IMG/VR virus record: IMGVR_UViG_3300027721_000009
Span: 1 to 64,000 of that record
Strand: one strand, 5' to 3'
DNA length: 64,000 nt
From: a virus
Taxonomy: Duplodnaviria > Heunggongvirae > Uroviricota > Caudoviricetes
The notes beneath the pieces were generated by a model. That model saw only the letters and a list, made by a program, of their open reading frames with translations, was not told the DNA's origin and ran no database searches. Made by a program: the position numbers and the translations under genes. Every line of letters starts with the position of its first letter. Position 1 is the first letter of the stretch. This document shows, one piece after another, positions 20,143-30,667 of the stretch.

Positions 20143-21125
20143 ACCTAGTGTACAAAGCCTTGAATGCGGGTGGGTCAATCCATCCGCTTATCATCCCTAA
20201 TGAGTTTCCTACCAACGGCACGGCTCAACTGAATCCCTCTGTCTACGTCGATGGTGGTGATATCCTCACCACTATTCGGCACTGTCAGTACACCATCGTC
20301 CATTCGGAGAAGGGTAAGTTCCAACACCAGTGGGGTCCGTTGACGTATCTCTGTCCGGAAGATGACCTGACGTTGACCACAACTAACTACCTCGCGAAGC
20401 TGAATGCTGATCTGACGATCAAGGACATTCGCAAGGTGGACACTGCCATTCACGACAAGAAACCCATTTGGGAATTCGTCGGTCTGGAAGACGCTCGCCT
20501 GTTCCGTTGGGACGGCAAGCTTTACCTCTGTGGTGTGCGGCGTGACACCACAACGAATGGTCAGGGGCGCATGGAACTCTCCGAAGTCCAATACACTTCG
20601 GATGGAATCAAGGAAGTCACACGTTGGCGCATCCCCGCTCCCGGTCTAGATAACACGTACTGCGAAAAGAACTGGATGCCGATTCTCGACATGCCATTCC
20701 ATTTCGTGAAGTGGAGTAACCCGACCGAAATCGTCAAGGTCGATCCGGTCAAGAAGACCTGTGAAGTGGTATTCCAGAGTGATCGTGTTGTCGAAGCACC
20801 GTATGAGTATCGCGGCGGGAGTCATGTGATTCCGTTTGGTGACTATCGCATTGCTGTAGCTCACGTTCTCACTAAGTTCTGGCGCAACCCTGACGGGCGC
20901 AAGGATGCGACCTATCGCCACTGCTTCATCGTTTGGGATAAGGATTGGAACGTGGTTCGCTATGGCGCACCATTCTCATTCATGGATGCTGAGATTGAAT
21001 TCTGTTGTGGTATGGCTGAACACGATGGGAACTTCCTACTCAGCTTCGGCTATCAAGATAATGCCGCGTTTGTGGTCAAGGTACCGAAGCGCGTAATTGA
21101 GGGGTATGTAAGTGGACGTAACTAA
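20139..21125 (+). CDS. hypothetical protein (possibly glycan-active)
   Basis: 328-aa ORF, ATGA overlap, no motif assigned. Confidence 0.45.
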   Translation: MNLVYKALNAGGSIHPLIIPNEFPTNGTAQLNPSVYVDGGDILTTIRHCQYTIVHSEKGKFQHQWGPLTYLCPEDDLTLTTTNYLAKLNADLTIKDIRKVDTAIHDKKPIWEFVGLEDARLFRWDGKLYLCGVRRDTTTNGQGRMELSEVQYTSDGIKEVTRWRIPAPGLDNTYCEKNWMPILDMPFHFVKWSNPTEIVKVDPVKKTCEVVFQSDRVVEAPYEYRGGSHVIPFGDYRIAVAHVLTKFWRNPDGRKDATYRHCFIVWDKDWNVVRYGAPFSFMDAEIEFCCGMAEHDGNFLLSFGYQDNAAFVVKVPKRVIEGYVSGRN

Positions 21126-23121
21126 ACTAACCGCAGCGATTACGAAGTACATTCGCGACACCGAGAATGCTGAACTCAACTATCAGATCGCTCTGATCTA
21201 CGAAGAGCTAAAGCAAACGTCAGCCGCTATCGGGTTCTTCCTGCGTGCGGCTGAACGCACCAACGACATGAATCTAGCCTACGAGTGCTTGCTCAAGGTG
21301 GGTCTGTGCTTCGAACGCCAGACGCGCCGCAACAACACCGTGCGCGTGTTCTACAAGCACGCAGTCCTGTTGCTGCCTAAGCGTCCGGAAGCCTACTTCC
21401 TGCTATCGCGTTTCTATGAGCGCACTCTAGATCGTGTCTCCGGATACCTCTATGCGCAGCAGGGGCTAGACTTCGCAGACTTCAATCAGGTTCCGCTCCG
21501 TGGCTACGTTGAGTATCCCGGTAAGTACGGACTGATCTTTGAGAAGATGGTCTGTTCATGGTGGTGGGGTAAGGTTGACGAGTGCCGTGCGCTACTCGTA
21601 GAACTGCGCGACAAGTACAAGTATGTCATGGACGGTGTACATATCGGAGCCGTCCAGAACAATCTGAACATGTTGGGTGTCACGGCAGAGTCACACGTAC
21701 TGCGTCCGTACAAGATTTGGCAGAAGTCTCAGTTGCGTTACAAGTTCAAGGATTACGATAAGATCTACCGCAACTTCTCTCAGGTCTATCAGGACTTGTT
21801 CACCCTCTCCATGCTCGACGGCAAGCGCAATGGCACGTATCTGGAAATCGGCACTGCCGGTCCAGATCACGGCAACAATACCAAACTCCTAGAAGAGTTG
21901 GGTTGGACGGGTGTGGGTATCGAATGGGATAAGAACCTTGCCGCATCCTACGCTGCCGCTCGCAAGAACCCTGTACTCAATCAGGATGCACTCAAGACGG
22001 ATTACATCGAACTCACTCAGAAGATTGCGGTCAATGGTGTGATCGACTACCTACAGTTGGACTGCGAACCCGCATCCACGACCTACGAAATCATGACACG
22101 CATTCCGTTCAACCTGATCAAGTTCGCCGTCATCACGTATGAGCATGATGACTACGTGGACATGACGGGACAGTACCGGAACCTGTCGCGTGCGTTTCTG
22201 CGCGAGCGTGGCTACGAACTCGTAGTCTCGGATATCTCACCAGACGGCGTATCCAACTTCGAAGACTGGTGGGTACATCCTGACCTAGTGAGCAAGGATA
22301 TCATCCGCGCTATGAAGGATACCTCCAATCGCACTAAGCACGCCACGGAGTACATGCTCTCGGAGCCGTTCATTGAATTCAAGCCAGAAGAAGTAAATGG
22401 GTTGGACACCACAAACAACGATCCAACTTTCACCTCTTGTCTTCTCCGCGAAGTAATCACGGAGAGAATCTATGAACGGTATCGTTCAGTTCAGGATGGT
22501 GATGTTGTGGTTGATCTTGGGGCTAACATCGGGCTATTCCCATGGTCATTCAAGAACAAGCTTTACGGACGAGCGGGTGCGCTTGTGGTCGCGGTAGAAC
22601 CATCACCATCACTCATCCCCACACTTACCAACAACATGTCTAAATTGATTGCTCCTACAAAGGTATTCAACTATGCGATTGGTGGAACTACGGAAGAGCG
22701 CAAGGTAACTGACACCGATTGGCTTGCGGGTGACGTTCCCATTGGAAGCACGCTAAAGGTCAAGACGTTCAAGGACTTCCTTGCGGACGCGCAACTAGAG
22801 AAAATCGACTTCCTTAAGGTTGATGTTGAGGGTGCCGAATACGATATCTTCACCGAAGAGAACTACGAGTTCCTGACTAAGAACGTCAAGTATATCACTG
22901 GCGAGTGGCATCTGAGTTATGCGGAAGATGGACTAAACAAGTTCATCAACTTCAAGAACCTCTACCTGAAAGGCAAGAACAACTTCCGTGTGTTTGAACC
23001 GTATGATTGGAGAGAAGTAACCCACAAGATTCTGGACGATGCATACCTCCACGAATTCTACAACTGGCGCAATCCACGTAACAAGGGTGCGCAGTTCATG
23101 GTCTATATCGACAACGGGTGA
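21112..23121 (+). CDS. TPR-like N-terminus plus two FkbM-family methyltransferase domains
   Basis: Two Methyltransf_21-like segments (LEIGTAGPDHGNNT...; VVDLGANIGLF...AVEPSP). GTG start. Confidence 0.6.
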   Translation: MDVTKLTAAITKYIRDTENAELNYQIALIYEELKQTSAAIGFFLRAAERTNDMNLAYECLLKVGLCFERQTRRNNTVRVFYKHAVLLLPKRPEAYFLLSRFYERTLDRVSGYLYAQQGLDFADFNQVPLRGYVEYPGKYGLIFEKMVCSWWWGKVDECRALLVELRDKYKYVMDGVHIGAVQNNLNMLGVTAESHVLRPYKIWQKSQLRYKFKDYDKIYRNFSQVYQDLFTLSMLDGKRNGTYLEIGTAGPDHGNNTKLLEELGWTGVGIEWDKNLAASYAAARKNPVLNQDALKTDYIELTQKIAVNGVIDYLQLDCEPASTTYEIMTRIPFNLIKFAVITYEHDDYVDMTGQYRNLSRAFLRERGYELVVSDISPDGVSNFEDWWVHPDLVSKDIIRAMKDTSNRTKHATEYMLSEPFIEFKPEEVNGLDTTNNDPTFTSCLLREVITERIYERYRSVQDGDVVVDLGANIGLFPWSFKNKLYGRAGALVVAVEPSPSLIPTLTNNMSKLIAPTKVFNYAIGGTTEERKVTDTDWLAGDVPIGSTLKVKTFKDFLADAQLEKIDFLKVDVEGAEYDIFTEENYEFLTKNVKYITGEWHLSYAEDGLNKFINFKNLYLKGKNNFRVFEPYDWREVTHKILDDAYLHEFYNWRNPRNKGAQFMVYIDNG

Positions 23122-23124
23122 TAT

Positions 23125-23814
23125 ATGGAGTATGTGTTTAAGGGTGATTATGAATTCACGACCGATTGGTTTTCGAAGCACACGGTTCTATGGAACGCTA
23201 TCATCACAAAGTTTCAGCCACACAGGATTCTTGAAATCGGGAGCTTCGAAGGTCGCTCTACAATCCATCTTGTCGAAAAGATTAGAAAGCAGAGCAACGC
23301 TCCGATAGAGATTGTCTGTATTGATACGTGGCAGGGTGGCGCGGAACATGCCGGGATTGATTTCGATTCGGTCGAAGGTCGATATGACCGGAACATGAAG
23401 AAACTGGTTGACTCCACATACGATTTATCCATCTGGAAGAAGAAGAGATTGTCTTCGGTCGCTCTTGCCGAATTGTTGATTGAAAACGGTGCCAAGTTCG
23501 ATTTCATCTACATTGACGGATCGCACCTCGCAGCAGACGTATTTCTAGACGCTGCCCTCGCGTTCCAACTCCTGAGAGTTGGTGGCGTATTGATATTCGA
23601 TGACTATGCGTATGGCGACGAGGATTCAAAGAAAGATGCGTTCAATCACCCACATATTGCCATAGACGCATTCATTGAAGTGTATGGCAACAAGCTCTCA
23701 CTAATCCCATTTAAGACGACGGGTGATGATGGTGAAATAGAAGATCTACGAGAAGTTGTAATAAAGAAAGGGCTGTTGTTCTATCAGATGTATCTCACCA
23801 AAGCAGCCGACTAA
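23125..23814 (+). CDS. class I SAM-dependent methyltransferase (CmcI/TylF-like)
   Basis: ILEIGSFEGRST...FIYIDGSH...LIFDDY pattern. Confidence 0.65.
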   Translation: MEYVFKGDYEFTTDWFSKHTVLWNAIITKFQPHRILEIGSFEGRSTIHLVEKIRKQSNAPIEIVCIDTWQGGAEHAGIDFDSVEGRYDRNMKKLVDSTYDLSIWKKKRLSSVALAELLIENGAKFDFIYIDGSHLAADVFLDAALAFQLLRVGGVLIFDDYAYGDEDSKKDAFNHPHIAIDAFIEVYGNKLSLIPFKTTGDDGEIEDLREVVIKKGLLFYQMYLTKAAD

Positions 23815-23841
23815 ATATCACATAGCACTCAGGAGTATCCC

Positions 23842-24045
23842 ATGGCAGAACTAGAACGAGAATTGCATTGCGAGAACTGTGGAAGCCAGTGTCGCATCAT
23901 CTATGACTCCGATCAGGTGCACTACGATCCTGAGACTTGCCCGTTCTGTGGCGAGATTGCCGGGACCGTTGTTGACGAAGATTGGGAAGAGTTCGAAGAC
24001 GATGGACTAGGTGACGACGATGACAATGACTCTAATTGGAATTGA
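23842..24045 (+). CDS. small zinc-ribbon protein with acidic tail
   Basis: CENCGS...CPFCGE. Confidence 0.5.
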   Translation: MAELERELHCENCGSQCRIIYDSDQVHYDPETCPFCGEIAGTVVDEDWEEFEDDGLGDDDDNDSNWN

Positions 24046-24676
24046 CTATAGCCTGACTTGTCCTGCCGTCTGTGTCGCTAACAGTAAGAACTTTGACGAC
24101 TGTTATTTTCACTTTCTGCATGAGAACAAGAAGCATCATGGTTTCACCTTCGATGACCATATACTAGGTGATCCTCATGACGAGTACCTCACGGATCAGC
24201 AACGCTACGAGAACATTGCTTCTTGGGTGTTGAACATCCTCTCACCCTTCGACAAGGAATCGACATACATACTAATTGAGGACTATGCGTTCGCAGCCAA
24301 GGGACGAGTGTTCAACCTTGCCGAGAACTGCGGACTCCTCAAGTACCTGTTGTATAAGGAAGGCTACCAGTTTTCGACCATTGCCCCTAGCGTCATCAAG
24401 AAGTACGCAACGGGCAAGGGCAACGCAAACAAGGAAGCCATGTGGCTTGCGTTCTTTGAACTGACGAATCGCGACCTAGTGGGCGTGTATGGTCCCAAGA
24501 CCAGAACTCTCACCTCCCCTGTGACGGATATCATTGACTCCTACTATCTTACACGATGGATGCACGATAGCGTAGAAAACGAAGAAGAATCGGAGAAAAT
24601 GAACCGTGGCACGAACAAAGCAGCAAAACCAAAAACTAAGTCAAGAAAAGGTAAGCGAAGTGATAACCAATTGTGA
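24011..24676 (+). CDS. RuvC-like Holliday junction resolvase
   Basis: LIGIDYSLTCPAVCV N-terminal acidic loop, ILIEDYAF, and the RuvC-like APSVIKKYATGKGNANKEAMW block. Confidence 0.6.
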   Translation: MTTMTMTLIGIDYSLTCPAVCVANSKNFDDCYFHFLHENKKHHGFTFDDHILGDPHDEYLTDQQRYENIASWVLNILSPFDKESTYILIEDYAFAAKGRVFNLAENCGLLKYLLYKEGYQFSTIAPSVIKKYATGKGNANKEAMWLAFFELTNRDLVGVYGPKTRTLTSPVTDIIDSYYLTRWMHDSVENEEESEKMNRGTNKAAKPKTKSRKGKRSDNQL

Positions 24677-25028
24677 TGCAATCGTCTTTGGCAGCTATCA
24701 GGAAGAATCGAACAACCACACGATCATGACGTTCATGCAATCGAAGCATGGGCATAAAGCCGATCCGCATGAGTGCGGACACCGGTTCAACATCGTGTTG
24801 TTTGATAAGCTTTCGCCAGAAGAGAAGGATGTAGAACTCTTCTCGGCTATCCTAGGCGACCCGAAGGGCTACGTCGAGCGCATGGGCAAAGCAGGATATC
24901 ACGGTATCGTGGTCAAGCAGAAGACTTGTAAGCTCAAGGAAATCAAGGAAGTCTTTTCCAAGGTTCTGTACGGCTATGGCTTCGAAGAGAAACTGATCAA
25001 GAAGGTAATTCGCAAAACGGTGGTGTAA
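24661..25028 (+). CDS. hypothetical protein
   Basis: GTG 24661 or ATG 24726 start; unknown function. Confidence 0.4.
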
Positions 25029-25030
25029 TC

Positions 25031-26011
25031 ATGGGAAAGCGATATATTGTGACAGGTGGCGCGGGATTCCTCGGTAGCCATCTGTGTGAAAGATTGATTG
25101 AGTTGGATGAAACCTGTAAGGTCTTTGCGGTGGATAACCTGTCATCTTCGGATGGCACCAATCTACCGAAGCTTCGCAAGTATGGCTACAACCGTTTCGA
25201 ATTCGTAGACATGGATGTTTGCGATAAGATGACATGGGAAACGCTTGATGATCATGGTCCGTATGACGGCATCTTCAATCTAGCCTGCCCCGCTTCGCCG
25301 CCGTTCTATCAGAACATGCCCATCCAGACGACACTCACCTGTGTCCTAGGAGCGAATTATGCCTTGGCATACGCAACGAAATGGGGAGCTAAGATTCTCC
25401 AAACATCTACTTCGGAAGTTTACGGTGATCCAGAGGTACATCCTCAACCGGAAGAGTACCGAGGTAGCGTCAATTGTTTCGGTCCAAGAGCGTGCTATGA
25501 TGAAGGTAAGCGAGCGGCTGAAGCCCTCTTCTTCGACTACCAGAAGCAAAGCGGTACGGATATTCGCGTGGTCCGCATTTTCAATACTTACGGTCCTCAC
25601 ATGCTTGCTAATGATGGGCGCGTGGTGACAAACTTCATCAATCAGGCACTCAGGGGCGAAGACATTACCATCTACGGTGACGGCACACAGTCACGTTCCT
25701 TCTGTTACGTCGAAGACCTTATCAATGCCATCATGATTGTCTGGAAGTCAAATTACAAGTCGCCGGTCAATATCGGCAATCCAAAAGAGTATACGATGCT
25801 TGAATTGGCTGATGCTGTAATTAAAATTACAGGCAATAAGTCTAATTTGATTTACCACTCGCTCCCGGTAGACGATCCATTACAACGATGCCCTGACATT
25901 TCTCTAGCGAAATCATTGGGTTGGGGTGGACCGCGAATTGAGCTTGACGAGGGGCTACGGAATACTGTACAATACTTCCTGTATAAAGCGTTTTCTACGC
26001 CGAGGGTTTGA
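25031..26011 (+). CDS. UDP-glucuronate decarboxylase (UDP-xylose synthase-like extended SDR)
   Basis: VTGGAGFLGSHL Rossmann motif and UXS-type catalytic block PRACYDEGKRAAE. Confidence 0.75.
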   Translation: MGKRYIVTGGAGFLGSHLCERLIELDETCKVFAVDNLSSSDGTNLPKLRKYGYNRFEFVDMDVCDKMTWETLDDHGPYDGIFNLACPASPPFYQNMPIQTTLTCVLGANYALAYATKWGAKILQTSTSEVYGDPEVHPQPEEYRGSVNCFGPRACYDEGKRAAEALFFDYQKQSGTDIRVVRIFNTYGPHMLANDGRVVTNFINQALRGEDITIYGDGTQSRSFCYVEDLINAIMIVWKSNYKSPVNIGNPKEYTMLELADAVIKITGNKSNLIYHSLPVDDPLQRCPDISLAKSLGWGGPRIELDEGLRNTVQYFLYKAFSTPRV

Positions 26012-26259
26012 ACATGAAGTATAGTTACAATGATCTGGTGAGCAAGCTGCGCGACGGCGTGCTGAATATTACCTTTGAGAAGGTGGATGGGACTGAGCGC
26101 ACGCTACAGTGTACGCTACGCCCTGAGTATCTTCCGGAAGAGTATCGTAACAAGGCACCCATGCTGACCGAGACAACCCCGCTCACGATTTCCGTGTGGG
26201 ACGTTGAGAACTCCGGTTGGCGTTCGTTCCGCGTCGAAAACGTTATCGCGGTATTCTAA
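26008..26259 (+). CDS. hypothetical protein
   Basis: 83-aa ORF. Confidence 0.45.
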   Translation: MNMKYSYNDLVSKLRDGVLNITFEKVDGTERTLQCTLRPEYLPEEYRNKAPMLTETTPLTISVWDVENSGWRSFRVENVIAVF

Positions 26260-26261
26260 TC

Positions 26262-27320
26262 GTGGCAAAGGTCAAGCAAGTGCGCACTCGTAGAGTGCAC
26301 GCACCCGTCGATCATGAACCGAAGTGGACTTCGAAGGAAGCACCGGGACTCATTGATACCATCAAGGCATTGAACTGGTACAACGTCGAACGCGACGAGA
26401 AAGACGCGGCTAAGATTCTCAAGACGACTCCCGGCATTGCTCGCCATTTCCAGACACTTGCTTGGACCGTGCGCATGAAAGAGCGCGGGTTCCCTGTGCC
26501 GAAGTCTTCGGAAGAAACGATCAAGCGCATGACGCATGAGTTTCGCGAAGCACTCAAAGCGGCGAAGCCTGTGACAGTGGACAAGTCGAACGTGGTTTCG
26601 ATTCAGCAGCGCGTCCTCGCCAAGACCGACGAAATCATTGGCGAAATGCAGGGACTCATTGACGACTATGGTGTGCGCGGCGACTCCAACAAGTTGAACG
26701 CATATCAGTGGATGATCGACAACAACGTGAAGCCTGTTCATGCGAATCGCATTGCGGAGTTCTTCCGTGAGCAGTCGCGAGAAATTTTCGAAGCCGCACA
26801 GGGTAAGGACAAGGAACTGAAAGAGGGCTACTCGCACTATACAAAGTCGCGCCTCCTGAACCTGTTACACGCCCATTCGAACATCATCAAGGATGCGCTC
26901 AAGCTTGCTTCGAACGCTTCCGCATCACGCAAGCCGCGCAAGAAAAAGCCGGTTTCGTTTGAGAAGATGGTTTCGAAGATCAAGTACAAGGTCAAGGACG
27001 ATTCCCTTAAGCTGCAATCCGTCGATCCGGTCAAGGTGGTGGGTGCCATTCAGTTGTGGATTTACAACACTAAGACCCGCAAGCTTGGGGTGTACATGGC
27101 AGAAGACGAGTCTGGCTTGAAGGTCAAGGGTACGACTATCCTCAACTTCGTGGAAAGTACGTCTATCTCCAAGACTCTACGCAAGCCTGAAAAGACTCTG
27201 CCGTTGGTGGTAGATGGCGGCAAGATCGCACTACGTAAGGTGCTAGATGGCGTAAATTCGAAGCCGTTGAAAATGAACGGTAGAATCAACAAGGATACCT
27301 TGCTTCTGCGAGTTGTCTAA
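26262..27320 (+). CDS. hypothetical protein
   Basis: Long ORF; start uncertain (GTG at 26262 directly after the upstream stop). Confidence 0.45.
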   Translation: MAKVKQVRTRRVHAPVDHEPKWTSKEAPGLIDTIKALNWYNVERDEKDAAKILKTTPGIARHFQTLAWTVRMKERGFPVPKSSEETIKRMTHEFREALKAAKPVTVDKSNVVSIQQRVLAKTDEIIGEMQGLIDDYGVRGDSNKLNAYQWMIDNNVKPVHANRIAEFFREQSREIFEAAQGKDKELKEGYSHYTKSRLLNLLHAHSNIIKDALKLASNASASRKPRKKKPVSFEKMVSKIKYKVKDDSLKLQSVDPVKVVGAIQLWIYNTKTRKLGVYMAEDESGLKVKGTTILNFVESTSISKTLRKPEKTLPLVVDGGKIALRKVLDGVNSKPLKMNGRINKDTLLLRVV

Positions 27321-27361
27321 ATAGAGCGTTCCTTCTTCTCACTCTAGCCAGAGGATACGGG

Positions 27362-27907
27362 ATGATCCGCATTACAAGCGACTACCTTAAGAAAGGCGAC
27401 CTCGCGTTCCTGAAAAGGTACTGCTACTTTGTGATGCACAAACTGGTCAGACCGTCCGTTCTACGCAAAGCCAACATCAGCATTCGGATCATCAAGAACG
27501 ATGATCTGGAATCTCAGTCTGATGCCATGGACTTCAAGGACTACGGTGCATGGGTGTTCTACGAAGGCATTGATCCCGCCAACGGCAAGAAAAAGTTTGT
27601 CATGACGCTCAATGCTTCGCGCATTAACAGAAAGGCGAAAAAGACTCTTTACAGGGTCAAGAAAATCATGTATGATATCGCGCACGAACTCACCCATGTC
27701 AAGCAGTATCTCAACAACGAACTGTTCGACTACAAGGATGGCAAGGCGCGTTACAAGGGTGAGGTGTTCCATCTAGGACACGCGGACGATCTGCAAACAT
27801 ACTTCAACTCACCATGGGAAATCGAAGCCTACGGGCGCGAGCATGGCATGTACAAGATGTTCCAAGAAAAGCTAAAACAAGAACAAAAGGCTAAGAGTAA
27901 AAAGTGA
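27362..27907 (+). CDS. putative HExxH zinc metallopeptidase-like protein
   Basis: IAHELTHVKQY motif. Confidence 0.4.
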   Translation: MIRITSDYLKKGDLAFLKRYCYFVMHKLVRPSVLRKANISIRIIKNDDLESQSDAMDFKDYGAWVFYEGIDPANGKKKFVMTLNASRINRKAKKTLYRVKKIMYDIAHELTHVKQYLNNELFDYKDGKARYKGEVFHLGHADDLQTYFNSPWEIEAYGREHGMYKMFQEKLKQEQKAKSKK

Positions 27908-28107
27908 ATCCCTCCATACCCCTGCGCAAAGGCGAAAAGCTGCTGACATTCAAAAACAAGATCAATGGGATTGTGTATTACAGTACAAACCGTTATAAGC
28001 CCATGATCCATGAAGGGCAGGAAATGCTGCCAGTGTTCCAACGTGCCGCGCCTCCAAATGCGCGGCATTTGCTTTTAGTGAGCAAGGCTGCGCTAGAGCG
28101 CATTTAA
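27904..28107 (+). CDS. hypothetical small protein
   Basis: 67-aa ORF. Confidence 0.35.
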   Translation: MNPSIPLRKGEKLLTFKNKINGIVYYSTNRYKPMIHEGQEMLPVFQRAAPPNARHLLLVSKAALERI

Positions 28108-28199
28108 CATATCCTGTTCAAGTTTCCCGGTTGTTCATGTTCCGTGAACACTCCCAAAAGATGAACATCGGACGCATTCTGTAGCCATTTGGCTCGCTT

Positions 28200-28390
28200 T
28201 TGTAGCCACCCCGCTACCCTGATATCCCCTAGACCTCGCGCCTCGCTACGGGCTTCCTAGAGCGTCCTAGAGGGCATCCGTAAGTCCTTGATTCTATTGG
28301 GGTTATTCCCCTATAATTACCCTCGCGTAAGTCCTTGATAAGATTAAGGTTATTGCGCTTGCCTATTTTTAGGGTATTCGGTATGATTAG
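28200..28390 (+). repeat. intergenic repeat element, copy 1; contains CGTAAGTCCTTGATTC twice (28279-28294 and 28326-28339)
   Basis: Direct comparison with copies at 36613, 40380, 51255 and 59245. Confidence 0.7.
28359..28387 (+). promoter_or_regulatory. sigma70-like promoter TTGCCT-N17-TATGAT; predicted TSS at about 28394 (leaderless)
   Basis: Hexamers and spacer read from the sequence. Confidence 0.5.
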
Positions 28391-28393
28391 AGT

Positions 28394-28630
28394 ATGGAAG
28401 TTAAACATTTTGCCTCGGTCTGCGAAGCGGTCTGCTCGTTGATCGAACAGGGCTATCATACGGTGTTGGAAGATGCCGGTGCCGCCAAGGTGCGTCTTAT
28501 GATGCGCGACGGTGGCGATATCATGGTGGTCCGCTACGTCGGCTTGCTCTCGGCTACGGTCGAGCAGGATGACGGGTTTTGGGCTGACAAGCTTGAAGAT
28601 TGGGCGTCTGACGCTCCGGACTATCTGTAA
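28394..28630 (+). CDS. hypothetical protein
   Basis: 78-aa ORF at the predicted TSS. Confidence 0.45.
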   Translation: MEVKHFASVCEAVCSLIEQGYHTVLEDAGAAKVRLMMRDGGDIMVVRYVGLLSATVEQDDGFWADKLEDWASDAPDYL

Positions 28631-28836
28631 TGACCAACAAATACGCGCAGTTCGAATATCACGGTGGTCCGTATGACCGTGGCGCGGCTGACTATTACTA
28701 CTGGCGACCGCGCAATCCGCACAAGTACCCGAATGGTACGTACAACGGTCCCGAAGTCACCGACCTGACTCCGGAAGAGGTTGAGGCGTATAACGCCGGT
28801 TACGATGAATGCAACGACCGTAAGGATTGGGGTTAA
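28630..28836 (+). CDS. hypothetical protein
   Basis: 68-aa ORF. Confidence 0.4.
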   Translation: MTNKYAQFEYHGGPYDRGAADYYYWRPRNPHKYPNGTYNGPEVTDLTPEEVEAYNAGYDECNDRKDWG

Positions 28837-28837
28837 C

Positions 28838-29032
28838 ATGAAACTCGGTTCACGTACTCCGTTGACCATCCCGCAAGTCTGGAAGTTGCTCGACGCTGCT
28901 ATCTGGATGCGCGACAATCACAAGCCGCGTTGCGATGGCATGTCGCACGATGAATACATTGCGAGCCTGCGGAAAATCATCACCGACAAGTGCGATGAAA
29001 CCGACCGCATGTTCGAAAGGAATGCCGCTTGA
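28838..29032 (+). CDS. hypothetical protein
   Basis: ATG directly after the upstream stop. Confidence 0.4.
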   Translation: MKLGSRTPLTIPQVWKLLDAAIWMRDNHKPRCDGMSHDEYIASLRKIITDKCDETDRMFERNAA

Positions 29033-29379
29033 TCGCTGCGCCTAAAATCGGCTCGCAGATTCGCGTGCAGACCAAATTCGGTTTGCGCGAGGGAACCGTT
29101 GTTCCTAATCAGAAGTGGGAAAAGGCAGACACGTTCTGCATGACGGGTGACGCTGCGATTGCTATTCGCAATATCGCGCTCGCCAATGTCGTCACAATCG
29201 AATACATAACAGGCGCACCGTCGAAAGATGCCGTGCGTGCCTTTCGCGTCAAGTCTACGGACAAGAAACGCGAATACATCGTGACGGTTAGCGGCAACAA
29301 GATTGACTGCAACTGCACCGGCTTTACCTATCATCACAAGTGCAAGCATTCGGATGCTGTGCGAAGGAAAATCAAATGA
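29029..29379 (+). CDS. SWIM-type zinc-finger protein
   Basis: CNCTGFTYHHKCKH = CxCxnCxH. Confidence 0.5.
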   Translation: MIAAPKIGSQIRVQTKFGLREGTVVPNQKWEKADTFCMTGDAAIAIRNIALANVVTIEYITGAPSKDAVRAFRVKSTDKKREYIVTVSGNKIDCNCTGFTYHHKCKHSDAVRRKIK

Positions 29380-29600
29380 GTGCATACAAGACGGTCTGTG
29401 CCGACGTTGAGGTTAGCCTTGACGAGTGGCAGGAAAAGGAAATCATCGACTACATGGAAGACATTGGTTACACTCTTGTCAAGAGTCCCGAAGACGATGC
29501 ATGGCTGACGCGCCTCGCGGATGCCAAGGTCTACCATCCGGAACAGTTCGATAAGATGTTCTCGGAATACATTCATCAGAAGTTGGGGCGAATCGTATGA
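29376..29600 (+). CDS. hypothetical protein
   Basis: ATGA overlap with the upstream gene. Confidence 0.4.
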   Translation: MSAYKTVCADVEVSLDEWQEKEIIDYMEDIGYTLVKSPEDDAWLTRLADAKVYHPEQFDKMFSEYIHQKLGRIV

Positions 29601-29797
29601 AGCGGCGCGGCAAAGCAATCGAAGTGGATGCGGATGCTGCTATCTCGGATGCGGAACTGAGCGAACAACTTCGCCTCAAGTTCAAGGCAGAATGGGAGAA
29701 GCGCGACATGGATCGCCACTTCGCTACGGATGACCGCAGTGCGTTTTCGCAGGAAGCGTTCCTCAAAGACGCAATGGCAATATTCGGGAAACTATAA
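29597..29797 (+). CDS. hypothetical protein
   Basis: 66-aa ORF. Confidence 0.4.
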   Translation: MKRRGKAIEVDADAAISDAELSEQLRLKFKAEWEKRDMDRHFATDDRSAFSQEAFLKDAMAIFGKL

Positions 29798-30636
29798 TGA
29801 AAATTCAAGTTCTAAACGACCTCCATATCGAATTCGATAATGGACCGCAGCTTAAGCTTCCCGGTGGACAGAAACTCTTTCTCCCCGGTGACGTTTGTGT
29901 GGCTGCGTATCTGCGAAAGGGACGCACGGACAAGCTTGCGAAAAAGCATGAGCGGGTCTGCCGTGAGTTCTTTTTCCATGAGTGCGCGAAGTATGAACAA
30001 GTGTTTTACATTCCCGGCAACCATGAGCATTACAACGGCATCTTCGATTACACGGTCGAAATCCTGCGCGAGTTCCTTGAGGGAACGAACGTCACCATTC
30101 TAGACAACGAATGGGCTGACCTTGATCATAACTGCGGTTGGCAGTTGTTCGGCGGCACGCTATGGACTGATTACAACAATCAGGACTGGTTCGCGATGCA
30201 CGCTGCGAAGGACAAGATGAACGACCACCAAATCATCAAGAAACTCAAGCCGGTTGCAAACCCGTATGGTGAGTTCATGGGAAGGTTCCTTCCTGTTGAC
30301 GCATATGCGGAACACAACAAGACGCTAGAGGCTCTTGAGAATGGCATCTATGACATGGCGCGGATTGACCGTCCGACGATTGTTATGACGCACCATGCGC
30401 CGACGCATCAGAGCATCATGCCGCAGTACAAGGGTGATCTACTCAATGCTGCGTATGCGAGCGACTTGAGCGAACAGATTCTAAGACTAAGCAACATTAA
30501 GTATTGGTTCCATGGTCATATGCATGACAGCATTGAGTACATGGTGGGCGAGTGTCAGGTTAAGTGTAATCCTAGGGGTTACAACGGCTATGCGCTCAAT
30601 CCAAACTTCAATGTGGACTTTGAGTTCGAAATCTGA
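29797..30636 (+). CDS. calcineurin-like metallophosphoesterase
   Basis: DLH...GDV...GNHE...HH...GHMH metal-ligand blocks. Confidence 0.7.
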   Translation: MKIQVLNDLHIEFDNGPQLKLPGGQKLFLPGDVCVAAYLRKGRTDKLAKKHERVCREFFFHECAKYEQVFYIPGNHEHYNGIFDYTVEILREFLEGTNVTILDNEWADLDHNCGWQLFGGTLWTDYNNQDWFAMHAAKDKMNDHQIIKKLKPVANPYGEFMGRFLPVDAYAEHNKTLEALENGIYDMARIDRPTIVMTHHAPTHQSIMPQYKGDLLNAAYASDLSEQILRLSNIKYWFHGHMHDSIEYMVGECQVKCNPRGYNGYALNPNFNVDFEFEI

Positions 30637-30667
30637 TATACTGTGATCCTCTAATCGGAGATTTGCT

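Noticed and set aside
24606-24676. ATG 24606 start for gene 24661-25028, giving a 70-nt overlap with the RuvC-like gene
   Set aside because: A shorter start (GTG 24661 or ATG 24726) gives a conventional overlap. The extended N-terminus looks like reading-frame carry-over.
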